Shown here piece by piece: positions 4,346 to 7,182 of a stretch of DNA of 7,182 nt (position 1 is its first letter; each line of letters opens with the position of its first letter). The stretch is from assembly GCA_964487075.1 (NCBI GenBank), contig CAZAOW010000027.1, forward strand, positions 1 through 7,182. The letters run 5' to 3'. A program made the position numbers and the translations under genes. This DNA comes from Candidatus Woesearchaeota archaeon. Lineage in GTDB: Archaea; Nanobdellota; Nanobdellia; Pacearchaeales; GW2011-AR1. The notes beneath the pieces were generated by a model. It had not been told where the DNA came from and made no database searches. It saw only the letters and a program-made list of their open reading frames with translations.

Positions 4346-5737
4346 ATGAAAAATAAATTTTACGTTACAACGCCGATTTATTATCCGAACGATATTCCTC
4401 ATGTCGGGCACGCCTATACCACAATAGCAGCGGATGTGCTAGCGAGATATTATAGATTCAAAGGATACGATGTTTTTTTCCTCACAGGAACAGACGAACA
4501 CGGGAAGAAAATAGAAAATGCAGCCAAAATCCACGGGAAAAAACCGAAGGAATTTGTTGATTCTTTGGTTTTGGAATTCAAAGAAGACTGGCGGAAATTG
4601 AATCTTTCATATGACAAATTTATCAGGACGACCGATAAAGACCATGAAAAAATCGTGGGGGAAATTTTAAAAAAAGTTTATGACAATGGAGATATTTACC
4701 TCGGAGAATATGAGGGTTTTTATTGCGTTCCATGCGAAGCATATTACACTGAAAAAGATTTGACAGACGGAAATTGTCCCATCCATAAAAAGAAAGTTGA
4801 CTTGCTGAAAGAAAAAAGTTATTTTTTCAGACTTTCCAAATATCGGGAAAAACTTCTTGAACTTTACAAAAAAGAATTTATCCTTCCGAAAAACAGGGAG
4901 AAGGAAATAATAAATCGCGTGAAAGAGGGATTGCAAGATTTGTCAATTTCAAGGACGACTTTTGATTGGGGAATAAAACTGCCGTTTGACAAGAAACACG
5001 TATGCTACGTTTGGTTTGACGCCTTGTTGAATTATTATTCCGCGACGAGAAAAAAAGGAAAGGAGAAATTCTGGCCAGCTGATGTTCATTTGATAGGAAA
5101 AGACATTTTGTGGTTTCATGCGGTTTATTGGCCGGCAATGCTTCTTTCGGCGGGAATCAAACTCCCGAGGAAAATTTTTGCGCACGGATGGTGGACTATT
5201 GAAGGAGAAAAAATTTCAAAGACCCCGGGAAATGCGATAAACATTTCCGAACTTGTGAAAATCGCAGGCGCCGATTCCGCGAGATATTTTTTGTTTCGCG
5301 AAGTGCCTTTCGGCAGCGACGGAGATTTCTCAAGAAAACTTTTGATTCAGAGACACAACGACGAGCTTGCGGACAAATTGGGAAATTTGGTTTCTCGTGT
5401 TTCTGCTTTGACGGAAAAATACGGAATTGAAAAAACCGCAAGCAAATTATTGAAGAAATTGAAAGAAAAAGAAATTGACAAACACATTGAAAACTTTGAA
5501 TTTGACAAGGCATTGAACGAAATTTTTTCATTTGTTGATGCTTGCAATTTTTATGTTCAGGAAAAAAAACCGTGGGAAACACATGACCGGAAAGTTCTTT
5601 ATGAATTGGTTGAAGCGATAAGAAAAATAAATCTTTATCTTTCTCCCTTTATGCCTGAGACTGCGGAGAAGATAGGAAAAATTTTCAAGACAGATAAAAT
5701 TAAGAAAGCGGAGATTTTGTTTAGGAAGATAGGATGA
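4346..5737 (+). CDS. metG: Methionine--tRNA ligase, core form (catalytic and anticodon-binding domains, no C-terminal tRNA-binding appendix)
   Basis: 463 aa. HIGH motif as PHVGHAYT. KMSKS motif as KISKT. Zinc knuckle CVPCEAYY...CPIH. Anticodon-binding helix region with KKPWE and LSPFMPETAEKI. Confidence 0.95.
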   Translation: MKNKFYVTTPIYYPNDIPHVGHAYTTIAADVLARYYRFKGYDVFFLTGTDEHGKKIENAAKIHGKKPKEFVDSLVLEFKEDWRKLNLSYDKFIRTTDKDHEKIVGEILKKVYDNGDIYLGEYEGFYCVPCEAYYTEKDLTDGNCPIHKKKVDLLKEKSYFFRLSKYREKLLELYKKEFILPKNREKEIINRVKEGLQDLSISRTTFDWGIKLPFDKKHVCYVWFDALLNYYSATRKKGKEKFWPADVHLIGKDILWFHAVYWPAMLLSAGIKLPRKIFAHGWWTIEGEKISKTPGNAINISELVKIAGADSARYFLFREVPFGSDGDFSRKLLIQRHNDELADKLGNLVSRVSALTEKYGIEKTASKLLKKLKEKEIDKHIENFEFDKALNEIFSFVDACNFYVQEKKPWETHDRKVLYELVEAIRKINLYLSPFMPETAEKIGKIFKTDKIKKAEILFRKIG

Positions 5738-6129
5738 GCGACGTCGTTGTAAAAGAATCCAAAATCCACGGAAAAGGAGCATTTGTTAATAAAGACTTCA
5801 AAAAAGGAGAAATTGTAATCAAGTATAATCTTAAACCTCTAACAAAAAAAGAGTTTGAAAGTCTCTCTGAAAGTGAAAAACATTTTATTTCTTTTCGGGA
5901 CGGAAAATATTGGCTGTTTCCTTCTCCGGAGAGATATGTAAATCATTCGTGCAAACCAAACGTAAACCCTAATCTTAAGGAGAAAGGGGATTTTGCAATT
6001 AGAAACATAAAAAAAGGCGAAGAAATTACAACGGATTATAAAATGGACGATGTTCCAGGATTAAACATGAAATGCAATTGCGGAAATAAAAATTGCATGA
6101 AGATAGTTAAAAATGAAATTCAAAGATAA
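5734..6129 (+). CDS. Minimal SET-domain protein (putative protein-lysine methyltransferase) with a post-SET Cys cluster
   Basis: 131 aa. HGKGAFV (GxG), RYVNHSCKPNV (NHSC), GEEITTDY (ELxxDY-like) and CNCGNKNC (post-SET). The ATG overlaps the metG stop codon (ATGA at 5734..5737). Confidence 0.85.
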   Translation: MSDVVVKESKIHGKGAFVNKDFKKGEIVIKYNLKPLTKKEFESLSESEKHFISFRDGKYWLFPSPERYVNHSCKPNVNPNLKEKGDFAIRNIKKGEEITTDYKMDDVPGLNMKCNCGNKNCMKIVKNEIQR

Positions 6130-6868
6130 AGTCGCTTTAGTAACAGGTTCAAGCAGGGGAATTGGAAAAGCAATAGCATTGGAGCTAGCTAGAGGAGGTG
6201 CAAATATAATTATTAATTCTTCCAAAACAAGCGAGGTAGGAGAGAAAGTTGTTGAAGAAATAAAAAAATTGGGAAGAGATGCCATTTTTATTAAATGTGA
6301 TGTTTCAAAAGAAGAACAAGTCAAAAAAATGATTTCGGAAGGAATTAAAAAATTTGGGAAAATTGACCTTCTTGTAAATAATGCGGGAATAGTCTATGAT
6401 GTTCCTTTTTTCAAAAAAACAACCGAAGAATGGCGGAAAACTGTAGATACCAATTTATTCGGTTCAGTTTTTTGCTCTAAATATGTTGCTGAAGAAATGA
6501 AAAACAAAAGAATTAAGGGAACAATTATTAATATTTCTTCTACAAATGGAATTAATTGTTTTAGTCCCGATTCAATGGATTATGATATCTCAAAAGCAGG
6601 AATAAATCTTTTAACAAAAGATTTAGCAATTGAACTTGCTCCTAATATCAGGGTGAATTGTGTTGCTCCTGGCTGGGTTGATACAGACATGAACGCGGAT
6701 TTGCCTAAGGATTTTATAAAAAAAGAAATCAAAAAAATATATCTTGGCAGATTTGCTAAACCACAAGAAATTGCAAAAGTCGTTTCTTTTTTAGCTTCTG
6801 ATGATGCTAGTTTTATCACAGGAGAAATCATAAAAGTTGACGGTGGTTACGGAGGATGGAAAGAATGA
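6113..6868 (+). CDS. Short-chain dehydrogenase/reductase, FabG-like (classical SDR)
   Basis: 251 aa. TGSSRGIGKAIA (TGxxxGxG), NNAG, catalytic Ser then YDISK (YxxxK), and PGWVDTDM. The start overlaps the SET gene by 17 nt. Confidence 0.9.
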   Translation: MKFKDKVALVTGSSRGIGKAIALELARGGANIIINSSKTSEVGEKVVEEIKKLGRDAIFIKCDVSKEEQVKKMISEGIKKFGKIDLLVNNAGIVYDVPFFKKTTEEWRKTVDTNLFGSVFCSKYVAEEMKNKRIKGTIINISSTNGINCFSPDSMDYDISKAGINLLTKDLAIELAPNIRVNCVAPGWVDTDMNADLPKDFIKKEIKKIYLGRFAKPQEIAKVVSFLASDDASFITGEIIKVDGGYGGWKE

Positions 6869-7182
6869 TCCATCAAATTGATTTCTCTGATTGGGAAAAA
6901 CTTGATTTGCGAGTTGCGCAGATAAAAAAAGTTGAAGAAATTGAAGGCGCCGACAAATTGTATAAATTGACTCTTGATGTCGGCAAAGAAATTGGAACAA
7001 GGATTGTTTGCGCGGGAATAAAACCGTATTATAAAAAAGAAGAGTTGAAAGGAAAGAAAATTATTTTGTTTGCGAACTTGAAACCGAGGATGATGAAAGG
7101 AATTGAAAGCCAGGGAATGCTGCTGGCTGCTGGAAACAAGGAAGAAAACAAAATCGCTTTTTTAACTCCTGAGAAAGATGTT
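6865..7182 (+). CDS. Stand-alone tRNA-binding domain protein (Trbp111 / MetRS beta-subunit / CsaA-like, PF01588-type). Partial, continues beyond the window end.
   Basis: Hand translation from ATG 6865 is open to the window end: MIHQIDFSDWEKLDLRVAQIKKVEEIEGADKLYKLTLDVGKEIGTRIVCAGIKPYYKKEELKGKKIILFANLKPRMMKGIESQGMLLAAGNKE... This matches the family pattern (F.KLDLRV..I, ADKL, vD.G, GI...Y..eeL.Gk, NLKP....G..S.GMLLAA). The ATG overlaps the SDR stop codon (ATGA at 6865..6868). It is not in the ORF track because it is truncated. Confidence 0.88.
   Translation, partial: MIHQIDFSDWEKLDLRVAQIKKVEEIEGADKLYKLTLDVGKEIGTRIVCAGIKPYYKKEELKGKKIILFANLKPRMMKGIESQGMLLAAGNKEENKIAFLTPEKDV

Noticed and set aside
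3472-4411. ORFs 3472..3846 (+), 3901..4215 (-) and 4217..4411 (-)
   Set aside because: These are shadow ORFs antisense to or overlapping better-supported genes or promoters. They give Phe/Leu/Ser-rich low-complexity translations typical of antisense AT-rich coding DNA.
4667-5782. Six minus-strand ORFs inside metG (4667..4936, 4878..5138, 4949..5185, 5196..5582, 5347..5547, 5528..5782)
   Set aside because: All are antisense to the unambiguous MetRS reading frame and overlap each other. None has a recognisable motif.
6061-7000. Minus-strand ORFs 6061..6324, 6580..6831 and 6791..7000
   Set aside because: They are antisense to the SET, SDR and tRNA-binding-domain genes, all of which have strong family signatures.
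1-7182. CRISPR arrays, IS elements, transposases, integrases and toxin-antitoxin pairs
   Set aside because: I looked for regularly spaced direct repeats, terminal inverted repeats and characteristic protein motifs on both strands and found none.

Overview
Low-GC archaeal chromosome segment. The evidence is an archaea/eukaryote-type ribosomal protein L15e, an ATP-dependent DNA ligase, and TATA-like boxes about 25 nt upstream of most start codons, which suggests leaderless mRNAs. A small-genome, DPANN-like organism is my inference only. Minus strand, left to right: DNA ligase N-terminus (runs off the window and is missing from the ORF track), a class I SAM methyltransferase, a JAB/MPN-like protein with two C-terminal TM helices, and rpl15e. 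A tRNA-Ile(GAU) locus follows on the plus strand, then a zinc-ribbon/alpha-crystallin-like protein on the minus strand. The plus strand then carries a small basic orphan ORF and a tightly overlapping four-gene cluster: core MetRS, a minimal SET-domain methyltransferase, a FabG-like SDR, and a stand-alone tRNA-binding (Trbp111/MetRS-C-terminal-like) domain gene that runs off the window and is also missing from the ORF track. The most unusual feature is the tRNA locus. A complete 74-nt tRNA-Ile(GAU) is bracketed by an exact 22-nt copy of its own 5' end 89 nt upstream and a near-exact copy of its 3' end about 115 nt downstream. The spacers between them look like structured, degenerate tRNA bodies. 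No CRISPR array, transposase, integrase or rRNA was seen.
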